Origin: the human T2T-CHM13v2.0 reference genome, Homo sapiens
NCBI RefSeq assembly: GCF_009914755.1
Contig: NC_060932.1
Strand: one strand, 5' to 3'
Length of the DNA: 64,000 nucleotides
A program made the translations under genes and the position numbers. Shown one piece after another: positions 20,194-33,000 of this stretch. The notes under the pieces are model-generated. The model saw nothing but the letters and a program-made list of their open reading frames with translations. It was not told the DNA's origin and did not search any database. Each line of letters begins with the position of its first letter. The first letter of the stretch is position 1.

Positions 20194-20353
20194 TCTCTGC
20201 ACCCTACAATACACCAACTGGCAGTTCCATCATTTGAAAGAAAATCTTCAAGGTAAAGACATTTACAATGACACAAAAACCTTTCAAAGGCATCATGGTC
20301 CTAAAGGGCTTTCCCCAAGGGACAGCACAGTGTGTTCCAGGCCCTGACAAGAG
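20194..20353 (+). ncRNA. SOX2-OT: Internal non-coding exon (160 nt) of a long spliced RNA, tentatively SOX2 overlapping transcript
   Basis: Branch-like ACTAAT, T-tract and TGCAG acceptor at 20171-20193; consensus donor GAG|GTGAGT at 20354; stops in all three + frames. The gene name rests only on recalled similarity to SOX2-OT RNA and needs an alignment. Confidence 0.5.
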
Positions 20354-21673
20354 GTGAGTGTGTGGGCACGGGTGTCTCGTGAGCCTGACGCTCTCCATCC
20401 CTCTCTGACCATTTATGCCTTTGTCTGTCTGTGCTTTCAAAGGTCAGACCCTTGTGAGAAATACTTGCTCTATTAATCATCTTGGAAGACTGCTCCAGAC
20501 ACATTTTCAGAAGGGATGCAGTAAGTTTTGTCTGCACAGTGCACCCTGGGAAAAGAGTTTCCCTTCTGAAAAGCAATCTTGCTTTCAGCCAAGTCTTGTC
20601 TTTTCCTTTTTTTTTTTTGTAAAGCAATGAAGTTATTGCATGTTCCAAAGGCATCGTGAGGTACGGCCACCCCTTTGGCATGGCATGTCTGTATGCCCAG
20701 GATGCATATACCCAATTAGTGAGTTCCACATGACTGCTGGTGTTGGCAAACATCTACATCCAGCTGGTGCTCAGACTTTTGGGGATCAGTGGAAATTTTA
20801 ACAATTATTTGACACAGACTTATTCGGTCAGAGAAACGGTTGTATCACAGAGAGCTAAATGTCCAGAGCTAATGAAAGATGATGCAGTGATTAGATTGAC
20901 TTGCAATCTGGGTAATAATTTTTATACTTGCATTTTGACCACATAAATAAAAGAATGGGACTGATTTTCCGACTGCATTGCATATGAAGGGAGGAGAACG
21001 TTATTCTCTCTTCCCTCTTCATCTGAATATTAGAACTTTTTAAACCTTCAAACATGGCAGGGGCACTTCCACCCATCATTTGAATGAAAGCCAGTCTCAC
21101 CTGTCTGTCTTTCCATTCAGCAGGGAATCACTTCATGTGTGAAGCAAGCAAAAAAGATAGACATGTAAGGGCTTTCTCTGTCTCTTGTAGAATTTTTATC
21201 TTTTGGCCTTTTCCACTTCCTAGTCTGCATATGACCTAATATCCTATTCCTCATGGCCAACTCTTGATAACAATGAGAAAACAAGTCCTGATAAATGTGT
21301 TATGTATTCATTAAGCATTTCTATCTTGTAAGACTTTTTCGTTTTTGTTTTGTTTTTGCAAAATCATGACAATATCTGCTATATTTCAGATATTGTTTTA
21401 ACAAATCTGTAATCTGAATGAAAGCAGGATTCGTTCTATAATTCTCAGTTTGGATGAGAAATAAATGATAAACAATGTCCCACTGGAAGAGACCCCTCCA
21501 AAACATCATGCCAAAGGAGGGAGACCACCATATTCAGTGAAAATATTTAACACCTTGGACTGTTTCCCAGTGGGATGCAGACCAGACAAGAAGAACAATT
21601 CAGGCTGCTTAGGAGACTGTCTGGGGATCTCTGTGAATGGCATCTGCACTGAATAGATATTTCTTCCCCTCAG

Positions 21674-21851
21674 ATTCCTGCTCCTGTGTATGTGCACGAC
21701 TTACAGCTGAGTCATACTTTTCAAGAATGAATGTGGGTGTCACAGTCAGTGATCTGTGATCTATTCCTGCTCCTGTGTATGTGCACGACGTACGAATGAG
21801 TCATAGTTGTCAAGAATGAATGTGGGTGTCATCAACAGTGATCTGTGGTCT
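21674..21851. repeat. Two-copy 89-bp tandem duplication
   Basis: ATTCCTGCTCCTGTGTATGTGCACGAC...CAGTGATCTGTG starts at 21674 and at 21763. Confidence 0.95.
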
Positions 21852-22343
21852 ATCATTTCATAAATAGATTGTTCCAAAAGTACTTTAGGCACAACTGAGC
21901 ACAGATAGTCTTTGGATGGCTTTAATCCAAGCCCATTTCAATATGCCTCTTTTTATTGTCCACACTTCTTTCTACTACCACTAACTTAAATAATTCATAT
22001 AATCAGCTAGAAGAGTTTTCAATGAAAACTCATCTTTGAACACAAGAAATAAGGACTGAGAAGTGGTGAACAACTTGCAACTGAGGTATTCTGAAAATAG
22101 TCCTAACATAATGTCCCCCAGGTGTAGCCATATATGGTAATTTGGTAAATCAACAATGAAGTCTTATGCAACAGTGAGAATCTAAGTATCAAGCACTAGA
22201 TGAGGTACTGGGCAAGAGAAATACAAAAGAGAACACTGCTTTACCCCATCCCCAAGGAGATCTCAGGGACAGAAATGTCAGCATCTACCTCAATACAATG
22301 ACAGCTGAGTGACTATCTCAAGTGAGAACTGAAGAACGTATCA

Positions 22344-22605
<262 letters not shown>

Positions 22606-23058
22606 GAAGAGGACATAGTCATTGAGAGAACAATGGCTCTGTGGTCAAAGGCATGCCAATGTGAAAATCATGACACATTCAGAAGATCGTATAGCTGGGT
22701 ATGTCTGGAGAGGGTCATGGGCGGGCCACGGCACAAAATGAATTTCTTGTCAAGACACTATAAAAACCTACACAGATAAATCAGGGGAGATTTGTTATAG
22801 GGAATAATAATATTTCACTGAACTCAAGGCTAGGAGGTACAAGTAGGCTGAGGAACAGGAACAGTATTGGAAACTGAAGCTCTCTACCTTTGTCTTTGTC
22901 TTCCTCTTTCTGGGCCATGAGGTCACTTATGGCTGCAGCTCAGTTCACTGGTCAACAGTTCTGAATTGTTCAGTCATTCATCATTCAGCAAGAATGCATG
23001 TGCCCATCCTCTGTGCTCAGTGTGCTCTTTATTAACTACATTGTGATGGAAAATGGAT

Positions 23059-24786
23059 CAGGGCTGGTTTCATGGGCAGAGACTTACACAGTCAAATGGT
23101 CCCACATTTGGTTTAACGCACTGCTACCACTATCTTGCAATTCTGAATAATTTCATGAAACTTGTGTTTTGTAAGAAAGTCTAATGGGATGAGGGAGCAT
23201 GCACATGAGCAGAGGAAATGTCCACAGTGCCTTCCCATTCACATATAGCATTTGTGATGACACCCCATGAGCACAGAAGTTGGCGGCCCACAATATTCAA
23301 GCATTCAGTGAAACTAAAAGCAAGTACAAGGCAATTGTGTTAGGGCTACTACTGAGAAAGGTGGGGAGGAGGCAGGTGCTGACATCCTAGAGGCCATGCT
23401 TTTTTGTTTGAAAGAGAACAAGAACCAAGGGACCCTATTGCATTCTTTCTTATTCATGTTGTTTCCCTGTATTAGCCAACTACTTTAATGCTGAAATGCT
23501 AGGAGAGAAAATGTTAATACCATAGTTTCTTTTCCTTTTAATTTTTCCTTACCCATAAGTAAACTGAAGGTAAAGAGTGTTGGTAGAATGTATCATGATG
23601 TGAATTAAAAACTGTTGAGTTTCATGTAGCATTTCCACTGTTCTGGTAAGAGTGAAATAGATATGCATTTTTGAGCTACAAATATTAATTGTGTAATTTT
23701 GGTAATTGTTTTGTTTTATTTTGTTTTTTCTCTCAACTTTTTTTAGATTCAGGGAGTACATGTGCAGGTTTGTTACATGGATAAATTGAATGTCGCTGAG
23801 GTTTGGTGTACAAATGATCTCATCACCCAGGCAGATAGCATAGCACCTGATAGATATGTTTAGCTCCCACTTATAAGAGAGAACATGCAGTATTTGGTTT
23901 TATATTTCTGCATTAGTTCAGTTAGGATAATGGCCTCCAGATGCATCCATGTTGCTGCAAAGGACATAATTTCATGCCTTTTTATGGCTGTGTAGCATTC
24001 CATGGTGTACATGAACCATATTTTCTTTATCCAGTCCACCATTGATGGGCATCTAGGTTGACTTCATGTCTTTGCTATTGTGAATATTGTTGCAATGAAC
24101 ATATGAGTGTATGTGTCATTTTGGTAGAACAATCTATTTTCCTTTGGGTATATACCCAGTAGTTGGATTGCTGGGTCAAATGTTAGTTTTTAAGTTATTT
24201 GAGGAATCTCCACACTGCTTTCCACAGTGGCTGAAGTAATTTAGATTCCCACCAGCAGTGTGTAAGTGTTCCCTCTTCTCCAGGACCCAATTTTAAAAAT
24301 GGGCAAAGGGCATAAACAGAAACTTCTCAAAAGAAGAAATACATGTGGCCAACAAATATATGAAAAAATACTCATAATCACTAATCATTAGAGAAATGCA
24401 AATCAAAACCACAATGAGATACCTTCTCACACCAGTCAGAATGGCTATTATTAAAAAGTCAAAAAGCAACAGATGTTGGTGAGGTTGCAGAGAAATTTTC
24501 ATGACTTCTGTGTAAGAGTTAAATGCTGTTATATTTGCACTTAAAACTGACATTACACATTGTAAAGATAAACAGTAAACCATGCTAATAATTTTAAATT
24601 TCCATTTTTAACTTAGAATATCATTAAATAGCAAATAAAGAAACACAATGGCAAGTTGAGAGACCGTTCAAGAAAGGAAAATATCACACTTTAGTGCCCT
24701 TAGCAGTGCTTTTTCCCCTTCTTTTTTTGAACAAGGCACCCTACATTATTTTGCACTGGGCCCCACAAATTGTGTAGCCAGCCCTG
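23059..24786. mobile_element. MER45 (MER45B-like) hAT-Tip100 element, interrupted by an L1 and itself inserted in an L2 (~22970-23058, ~24787-25030)
   Basis: Termini CAGGGCTGGTTTCATGGGC ... TTTTGCACTGGGCCCCACAAATTGTGTAGCCAGCCCTG. Confidence 0.8.
23712..24495 (-). mobile_element. L1PA15/16-like 3' fragment with 5' inversion
   Basis: Antisense 3'UTR at 23712-24282, then sense ORF2 C-terminal sequence at ~24287-24495. Confidence 0.88.
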
Positions 24787-27461
24787 ACCTGGAGAGGAGT
24801 GGGTGAACAAAGCAAACAGAGTCCCTGTCACCATGGAGCTTACTTTCCATTGGGGAGAACAATAAAAATAAATAAACAAGAAACCTCATGGTCTCAGAAC
24901 TGTTTTGAGGAAATAAGCAGAGTCACATGATTAGGCAAATCAAGGGAGGGAGATCTACTTGGGTGGCAGAGAAAGTCTCTCCAAGGAAGTGATCTTTGAG
25001 CTGAGACCTGAAGTAGGGACTGTCCATCAACTTTGCTGAAGTGAATTCTCCCCCTCCATTCTGATACCCTCTATTCCACACTCTGCAGCCAGTCAGACTG
25101 AGCCTGTTTCCCTTGCACAGTTTCAAAGATCCAACCAGGTCTTCCCCAGGCTTCCACATTTTTATCCACTCCACCTCGGTTCCTGGGTGACCATCCTCTG
25201 GGCTCCCTTGTCAAAAGAAGTTCCAGAGACTTTTCTTGTCAAAGCTATCAGTAGCCCAGAACAGGTTGAAAAGAATAACATGAAGTGCCCTGTTTCTTCC
25301 TGAAAGCTTTGAAGAGCCCAGAAACAGTCTCTGGAGTAAAAATTCCCTTTTTTCCCAGTAACTCCTGGGAAAAGCCACCTGACCAAACCTCCTGCCTTTG
25401 TGAGTCACGGCAAAGAAAGTCACCTCAGAAGGAAGGGTGATTTGAATGAGCCCAGATGTTCCACTTAAAACCACAACCAGGCATAGCATTTGAGCAATTT
25501 TTATTTGCAGTCATTTCTTTTCATGTCATGCAAATGATCAAAAGTGGTCTAGGGAGACAGCATGTCTTAAAAGATGACAATTGCAAATGGCAGCAAATAG
25601 CAAATGCAATAATAACTTGTCATGTTTAACACAAAGTTACAGCAAAGGCAGGCTGTTCAGCAGTAAGCAGATGTGGACTAAGTAAAAGATAGTTTGCAGA
25701 TAGCTAAATGCAGGCAGGTCACAAAGCATTTTGATAAAGGATTATAAAACTACTACCCATGGTAGAACATATATAGTAAATATAATATTTCAAGAAGGAT
25801 TTAGAAATACACAAGATTTACTACTGGAGAGTTAAAAAAAAGCACAGTTGATGTCTCAATCATAGAAGTTAAAAGTTTTGCCAAGTGAAGCAGAATATGA
25901 TTATGTAGAGGATTTTAAACTAGGATTTACTATTTTTTTTCCAAAAAGAAGCCTGCACTTGGCAGCTCTCTCAATTCCAGTGCACAGAAGTTAGTAAACT
26001 GATGAAATAGCAGGGGATTCTTCTAGAGAGGCTAATTGCTACATCAATTTCTGCCAACACCATTTGAAAATAAACCCCTCTGTCCTTGTTGTGCTGTTTC
26101 TGGAAAAAAGACTGGAGTTGACAATTAAAATGTCAACAAGTAAGATGTAAATTTAGGCATCTGGGCATAGTATGTTTTCACCAAATATTTGTTGAATTAA
26201 TGAAAAGATAGAGAGAACCTAGAAGTTTAGGCTGTAGGACAGTCTTCTGGCCTGTGCCATATATAGGGAGCTATAAATGCTTTTCAAGAGCATAAGCATA
26301 GATTCTTACACAATCCTGTACATATACATGTGAAATTACCTGGCATACCTGAGTTGGGAAGTCCTAACTCATGCCAATAAGGAATTTGAGAAGTTTGGTC
26401 AAAACATGGAAAAGATGAGTTCACTTGCCAATGGGACACCTTTGGTATGAAAGAGGACAAGGTGGCTTTGAGAGGTGACTGCAGTCAGTAGCATAGGTTG
26501 CATGGAGGCTGCCATTGCCTCTTCCTGAAAAAGTTGGGACTGTGACCTCTGTGGGGAGGTCCATGTGTGATGCAATGCAGCAAATGATTCCAACTGTGAT
26601 GGTTCTTCAAGCCAGTCCCCACAGCCATCATCAGTTTATTAGATATTTTGAAGCACATAAATCAGTGTAGGCAGATGCTGTTTATTTTTAAGCCCTCAGA
26701 TGGGGAAACCTCACGAGATTCACTGAGCTGCCTCCTCAGATCAAGAACTTTGGGGATGAAGGACTGAGAAACCAACATTGTTGGAGTGCTTTTTGTTCAA
26801 TGACGATGCTTTCTCATAGTTGTGACAAAACATGGATGTATACTGAATTCAAAATTTCAAGAGAAAAGCAAAGTGCAGAGTATCACCGATAATTTCAGAA
26901 GTGCAGCTGTCTGTGTTCAAACTGGATAGATACCTTTTGAAGAAGGCAACCATCATGCAATAAAAATTTTAAAGGATTATAGAAGTATTGATGAAAACAG
27001 AATTTTCATCAATTCCAGAAGTAAATTATAGTCTTTGTTGGATTGGAATCACAAGTTCAAAGAATGAACAAGGATTTACTTTGAAAAAGTAGCACTATTT
27101 AAGAGCCTCCCATACACCTAAAAGCAATGCAACTTCCACCAACAGCTTTGTTGATAAGTACATGAATCCAGTAACTGATATCCCTACTATGTGTCAAATT
27201 CTGGAAAATGTTTAGATTCCCCTGGGTCTGTTAAAATGGATTGTGATTTTTATGCTTCTGAAAATCCAAGCAGTAAGTCACCATTGATGCTACAAACCTG
27301 GAGTCTGAATCAGGATGTGGGTCCTAATTAAATATTAGAAATTATTCATTATGTTAAACATCAACATTCTCATCAACGTGCTCAAAATGAATCAAATATA
27401 TAATTCGGCACATATGCTGTATGCATGCAGTAATAAAATTGATTAAAACTTGTTATTTGGG

Positions 27462-27710
<249 letters not shown>

Positions 27711-28257
27711 TTATTGGGAGGGACTTTTAAAAATTATTATTGTTGTTACTGTTTTAAGTCTTTCATAATTTTGAATCACCAGTGAGTTTTTCCATTTTTC
27801 TTACCTTTACCTCTTAGGATTTCTAATTATGTGGCTTACTACCAAAAATAAGTAAATAAACAAATAATGCATCTGGGTTTTCCAGCTGTAGGGCATAATA
27901 TTTGCTGAAAGTGAACTCTGCCTTGGAATTTAGTCCTCACTCCCTGAAGCCACTTTGTACTCCCTCTGGGCAGGCAGTAAGATCCATCTGTTTATCTTCA
28001 GCCTTGTCCTCACTGGCAGGCCCACTCACACACTGGTAAAGAGATGCCTGTCACCTTGCATTTCATGGAGTCCCATGGACTTTGTGACTCAGACATTTAT
28101 GGTCTATTCTCTTCCATGCTGTCTGGGGCCGGGATACTGGGGAGTGACATAAATGGTTAGTCATCAGCTGTTCTGAGAAGACTTCCAAGAAAAACTGCTA
28201 CAAAACTTTTAGCAAAACTGAGTTTTAAAGATCTAGAATGTTGTCCATCAACTGGTC

Positions 28258-28610
28258 TAGAATGGAGACCATAAACTGATGGCCAAATCATCCCACAGGC
28301 ATGTTTTGTTTGGCCACACTAGGGTTGGCTTGTGGAGTGCTTAAAACGTACTTAATTAGTTCCCAACATTGAAAAATCGGGAGATTTCACGTAAAAAATC
28401 CAGATTTCTGGCATTACTTGACCTAGTCACATGGAGTCTGCATTCCCACCTGGCAATCATCTGCTTGCAGCTAGAGGGCAGTTGCCCCATCTAGATGGGG
28501 CAAGCCAACTCCAGTTCTCATCCCTACCATTCTCCACCAGGCCTGCTTCACCTGTCTCCATAAAATGCCTGGCTTTGGTAAGCCTTTGAAGTTGGGATCT
28601 TTACTTTAGA
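28258..28610. mobile_element. MER102-like hAT-Charlie element
   Basis: AAAAATCGGGAGATTTCACGTAAAAAATCCAGATTTCTGGC and GCATTCCCAC.TGGCAA motifs. Confidence 0.7.
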
Positions 28611-28798
28611 ACTACACTGTGCTAAGAAGTGTAGGGAAAAACAGGAAAAGGATAAAGCATTTGTAAGTCTTCCTGGGTTATCCTCTGGTTAGAGAAAACA
28701 ATGATACAACAATAAACAATAATAGTAATAAAGCTAATTTATGGGTCAATTAAGGTCTTCATTGTGAGGTATCAAGCACAGAAGTGGTCCTGACCTAC

Positions 28799-29215
28799 TG
28801 TGTTAGTCTGTTTGTGTGGCTATAAAGGAATACCTGAAGCTGAGTAATTTATAAATAAAAGAGGTTTAATTGGCTCATGGCTCTTCAGACTGTACTGGAA
28901 GCATAGTGCCAGCATCTGCTTCTGGTGAGGGCCTCAGGAAACTTACACTTTCATGCTGGAAAGTGAAGGGGTAGCCAGTGCATCACATGGCAAGAGCTGC
29001 AGCAAGAGAGAGTGGGGGAGGTGCCACATACTTTTAAACAAACACATCTTGCATGACCTCAGAACAAGAACTCACTCATCACCAAGGGCATAGCACTAAA
29101 ACATGCATGAGTGATCTGCCTCCGTGATGCAAAATACCTACCAAATCTCACCTCCAACACTGGGGATTATGTTTCAACATGAGATTCAGAGAGAACAAAT
29201 ATCCAAATGATATCA
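28799..29215 (-). mobile_element. MST (MSTB-like) solo LTR
   Basis: TGTGTTAGTC...AAGAGGTTTAATTGGCTCA...TATCA; 5-bp TSD CCTAC/CTTAC. Confidence 0.88.
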
Positions 29216-29414
29216 CTTACAATACCACTAGTACCTGGCTCATCCATAGAAGTGATGGCCAGGAACAGCCAGTTTGCAGGTCCATTCATGAGACCAGTTG
29301 AAGAGTTCAAAAAGAATTTGTCTAGTTAGGCCATGTGGGTTCCTCTACCATGGAGTTCAGAGATTTATCATGCATTTATCCACTCATTTTTTCTTTTAAC
29401 AAATGTCTAGGAAC

Positions 29415-29881
29415 TGCTGCGGAGACCTTGGGTTCACCATTCAGGTACCTCTTCAAGTTAATCTACATGGGGAGCCTTGTGACTACAGCCCCAGAAGCCG
29501 CCCCTTTGGGTCCACTATGTACCCAGCTTTCTCAGGCTCACTCTCAGCTACTATCTGAGCATGGTGGGGGGCCTGGAACCAGGCCATTCCTGTCCAACAT
29601 GGGGCTTTTTTAATGGGCAACCTTTGAATGGGCTCTCCTTTTCAGCCTGACCAAGACTTTCTCAGAACTACACTGTGGTCTGAGGTTCTTCTTAATTAAA
29701 CCTCCCTTTTCTCTCTTCTTTCACAGGTTTAAGACCTGTGACACAGACTGAAGCTCTCCTGGCATACTCTGAAGCTCTCCTGGCACCCTCCCCTTTATGC
29801 TTCACAGGTGTTTCTCCTAATAAATTTCTTGTATGTCTCATCCCATCTGGGAATCTGCTTCTCAGAAGACTCAAACTAACA
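29415..29881 (+). mobile_element. ERVL LTR (LTR16-like) inserted in an L2 (~29370-29414, ~29882-30320)
   Basis: 3' end CTCCTAATAAATTTCTTG...TCTGCTTCTCAGAAGACTCAAACTAACA; L2-type flanks. Confidence 0.65.
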
Positions 29882-30547
29882 TATCTGCCCACTATGTATC
29901 AGGCACTGTGCTAGGTGCTGGAGACCTAAAAATGGATAAAACAGACAAGAGCCCTTCATTCATGGTGCTTGCATCATAGTGGGGGTAAATATTCCATAAG
30001 CAAGAGAATAAATAGATAAGATAAATTTAAAAACTAGAGAATGACTTGTTATAAATTGATTGGTAATCAGGGAAGGTCTTCTGAGGAGATGACACTTAAG
30101 CTGACACCTGAATGAGAAGAAGGGGCTGGTCAACTGAAGACCTAGATGAGAGTATTGTAGGCAGAGGGAAGAGCAAGGACCACAGGTTGAGAAAGAAACT
30201 AGTTTGACATATTTGATGGGGGAAAAGCCAGTTTGAAGAATAATAAAAAAGGGAATGAATGGAATAAACAAGGACATTAAAGAACTAGAGAGGAGCCTGA
30301 TCATCACAGTAAGGCATTTAGAATAGGTTAGGGAGAAGACCATTCTCTATCAGGGTAGAACTGAAAAGGCTACGTCTGCTGCTAAATGCTGCTATAAAAA
30401 GACAAGGGCTTTCATATACTACAGATGCAATCTTTTGGATCCACTTATATTGAGCAGACTTCGTGGACCCTCCTAAGAAAGTAGGCACCACAAAAATATT
30501 ACATCTATACAAAATGCAGGGCTCCAAGCCATAGATGTATATATCAC

Positions 30548-30549
<2 letters not shown>

Positions 30550-30610
<61 letters not shown>
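30550..30610. repeat. (TG)~30 microsatellite
   Basis: Directly visible, uninterrupted. Confidence 0.98.
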
Positions 30611-30611
<1 letters not shown>

Positions 30612-30829
30612 TGTAAAGCCAGCCAGTTTGTAAGCTGAACATGACTCCCACATGCTTTCAGAGAGAAGAGAAAAGAGAGAGGACCGTGTACTGGAATAAG
30701 CCCTAAGAACTTCTTGGAAGAAGGGGAAGTTAGCTGATCAAAATTATGTTGCTTTCTAGAAAAGAAGTAAAAAGCCAGGCAGTTTCTTTTGCTAAAACTG
30801 TCTGGGTAGATTTCCATTCTAAGAAAATT

Positions 30830-31025
30830 ACAACAATGTATAGTTTTAAATAGCTAGAAGGAGAATACTGAATGTTCCCAACACAAAGAAGTGATAAATA
30901 TTTGAAATGACGGATATATTCATAGTCCTTATCTGATTGCTATACATAATATGTATTGAAACATCATTATGTACCCCATGAATATGTGCAATTATTATAA
31001 TTCAATTTAAAAAATAAAATTAAAC
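30830..31025 (+). mobile_element. L1MA-type 3' end
   Basis: AATAGCTAGAAGGAG...GAATGTTCCCAACACAAAGAA...GTACCCCATGAATATG and A-rich tail. Confidence 0.8.
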
Positions 31026-33000
31026 AAAGAAAGCAAGGGGTCAACAGCATCCATTGTAAATGTGCTACCTCTCCACCTGTCTCATTTATGAAGTTGGGGG
31101 AGCTCCTGAACAGATAACGAAGTGCAATGAAATTTGGAGAAGAAATCTAGTACCTAGGTCTAGAGAGCAAATGTGCAACTTCTTTGGAGAATATGTTTCA
31201 GATAAAGCTTCAAGAGCTGTTCCTAGTAGCATATGGCTGTTGCTCTTGGTGTGGAGGTTCATGGAGTAATGTTTCTTGATCAGAGGATCTTGCAGGTTAT
31301 TGTTCACTTCTACTGCTGCCTCTACCCAATGTATAGTTTGAGTCCTAAGAGGCTTGGCCTTTTTACTTTGCCTTCCACCCCAATAGGGACAGCACAGTGA
31401 GAAACAGATCTACAATGGCTCCGCAGACCTTTCCTTTGGAGAGATGCTGGGCAGCTGCACACACTAAGAAAGTTTCCTGAAATAGAATTGCATTATCTGA
31501 GGCCTGGAAAATGTGTTGGAAAAGCTCACTTAGCTATGGGAAAGCCGATGAAAGACCTGTCTGGTTTCTGAGCATTGTCTGGGGAGCTCAAATTCTATAA
31601 ATGGGCCCCCAAGGTATCCATCATTTAGCCCTTGCCAAGGCTGGGTCAACATGCTGGCAAAGAACTGTCTGAACATTGAAAAATCCTCCAACCTATTATC
31701 TCCTGAGAGAAAGCTAGTTATTTGAAATACAAGTTGGATTTTAAAATTTCTATCAGCATGTTTTTAAATTAATCTTTTGTTAATGTAAACATACAGAAAA
31801 TTACATGCATTATAAGTGAACAGATCAATGAATTTTCAAAAAGTGAATATAACTTTATAGCCACATCAGATCAAGAAACAGACATTACCAGCACCCCAGG
31901 AGTCTTTCTACTATTTCCTTCCTGAATCCAGAATAGGGTAACTACTATTCTGGATTGTAATACAGATAAGTTAACTTTGCCTGTTTTGTATTTTATGCAA
32001 ATAAAGTCATACCATATACAGTACTGATCTCAAGGAAGAAGCTTTTAGCATTTTAATATTAAATACAATAACATGTACTTTTTTGGTAGATTTTTAAAAT
32101 CGAATTTAGAAAGTTCCCTTCTATTTCTAGTTTGTTACAAATTTTCATCATGAATATATGTTGAATTTTGTCAAATGCTTTATTTTATTGAGATAATCTG
32201 CTGTTTTCTTCTGTTAATATGGTGAATCACATTGATTCATTTTTCTAATGTTGAATCAACATTTCATACCTAGAATAAAATATATTGGTCATATTGTATT
32301 TTCCTTTTTATATAACACTTGTTTGCACTTTCCAAAATTTTGTTTAAAAATTTGCATTTATGTTTATAAGAGAGTTGATCTGTCATTTTAATAGTAAATT
32401 TTATTATTTAAATAAATCTTGTACCAAAGTTTCTTTTGTCAGTTGGGATAAGTAATATTTTTATCTAAATTACCAAGTATGTTCATGTGAAGTTTTTAAT
32501 AATACCTTCTTATTATAATTTGATCTATAGGATCTGTAGTAATGTTCTCCTTTTCAATCCTGATATTGATAATTTACTTTTAGTTCCCAATCAATTTTGC
32601 TAGGGATTTATCAATTTTATAATTTTCTTACGGACCTAACTTTTTGGTTTTGATTATTTTTTTCTATTGTATGTTTGTGAGTTTTCTTAATCTTATTGAT
32701 ATGTGCTCTTACCTTTATTGCTTATTTCACTTAATCTCCTTAAGTTTGATTTGATGGGCTTTTTACTCATTTCTCGAGATGGAAGTTTAAATCATTGATT
32801 TCCTGAATTTGTTCATTTATCTTCATTTAGAGTTATAAATCACACATTAAGTAGCATATTAGCTGCATGCTACAAGGTTTAATATGTCATATCTATCACA
32901 ATGTAGTTCAAAATATTTAATTTCAATTTGATTTATTCTACAATACCTGAATTATTTATAAATCTATCATTTCCAGGTAGTTAACATTTTTCTAATCATC

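Noticed and set aside
20204-20753. Minus-strand ORFs overlapping the candidate exon
   Set aside because: No homology recognised, and the splice signals support the + strand instead.
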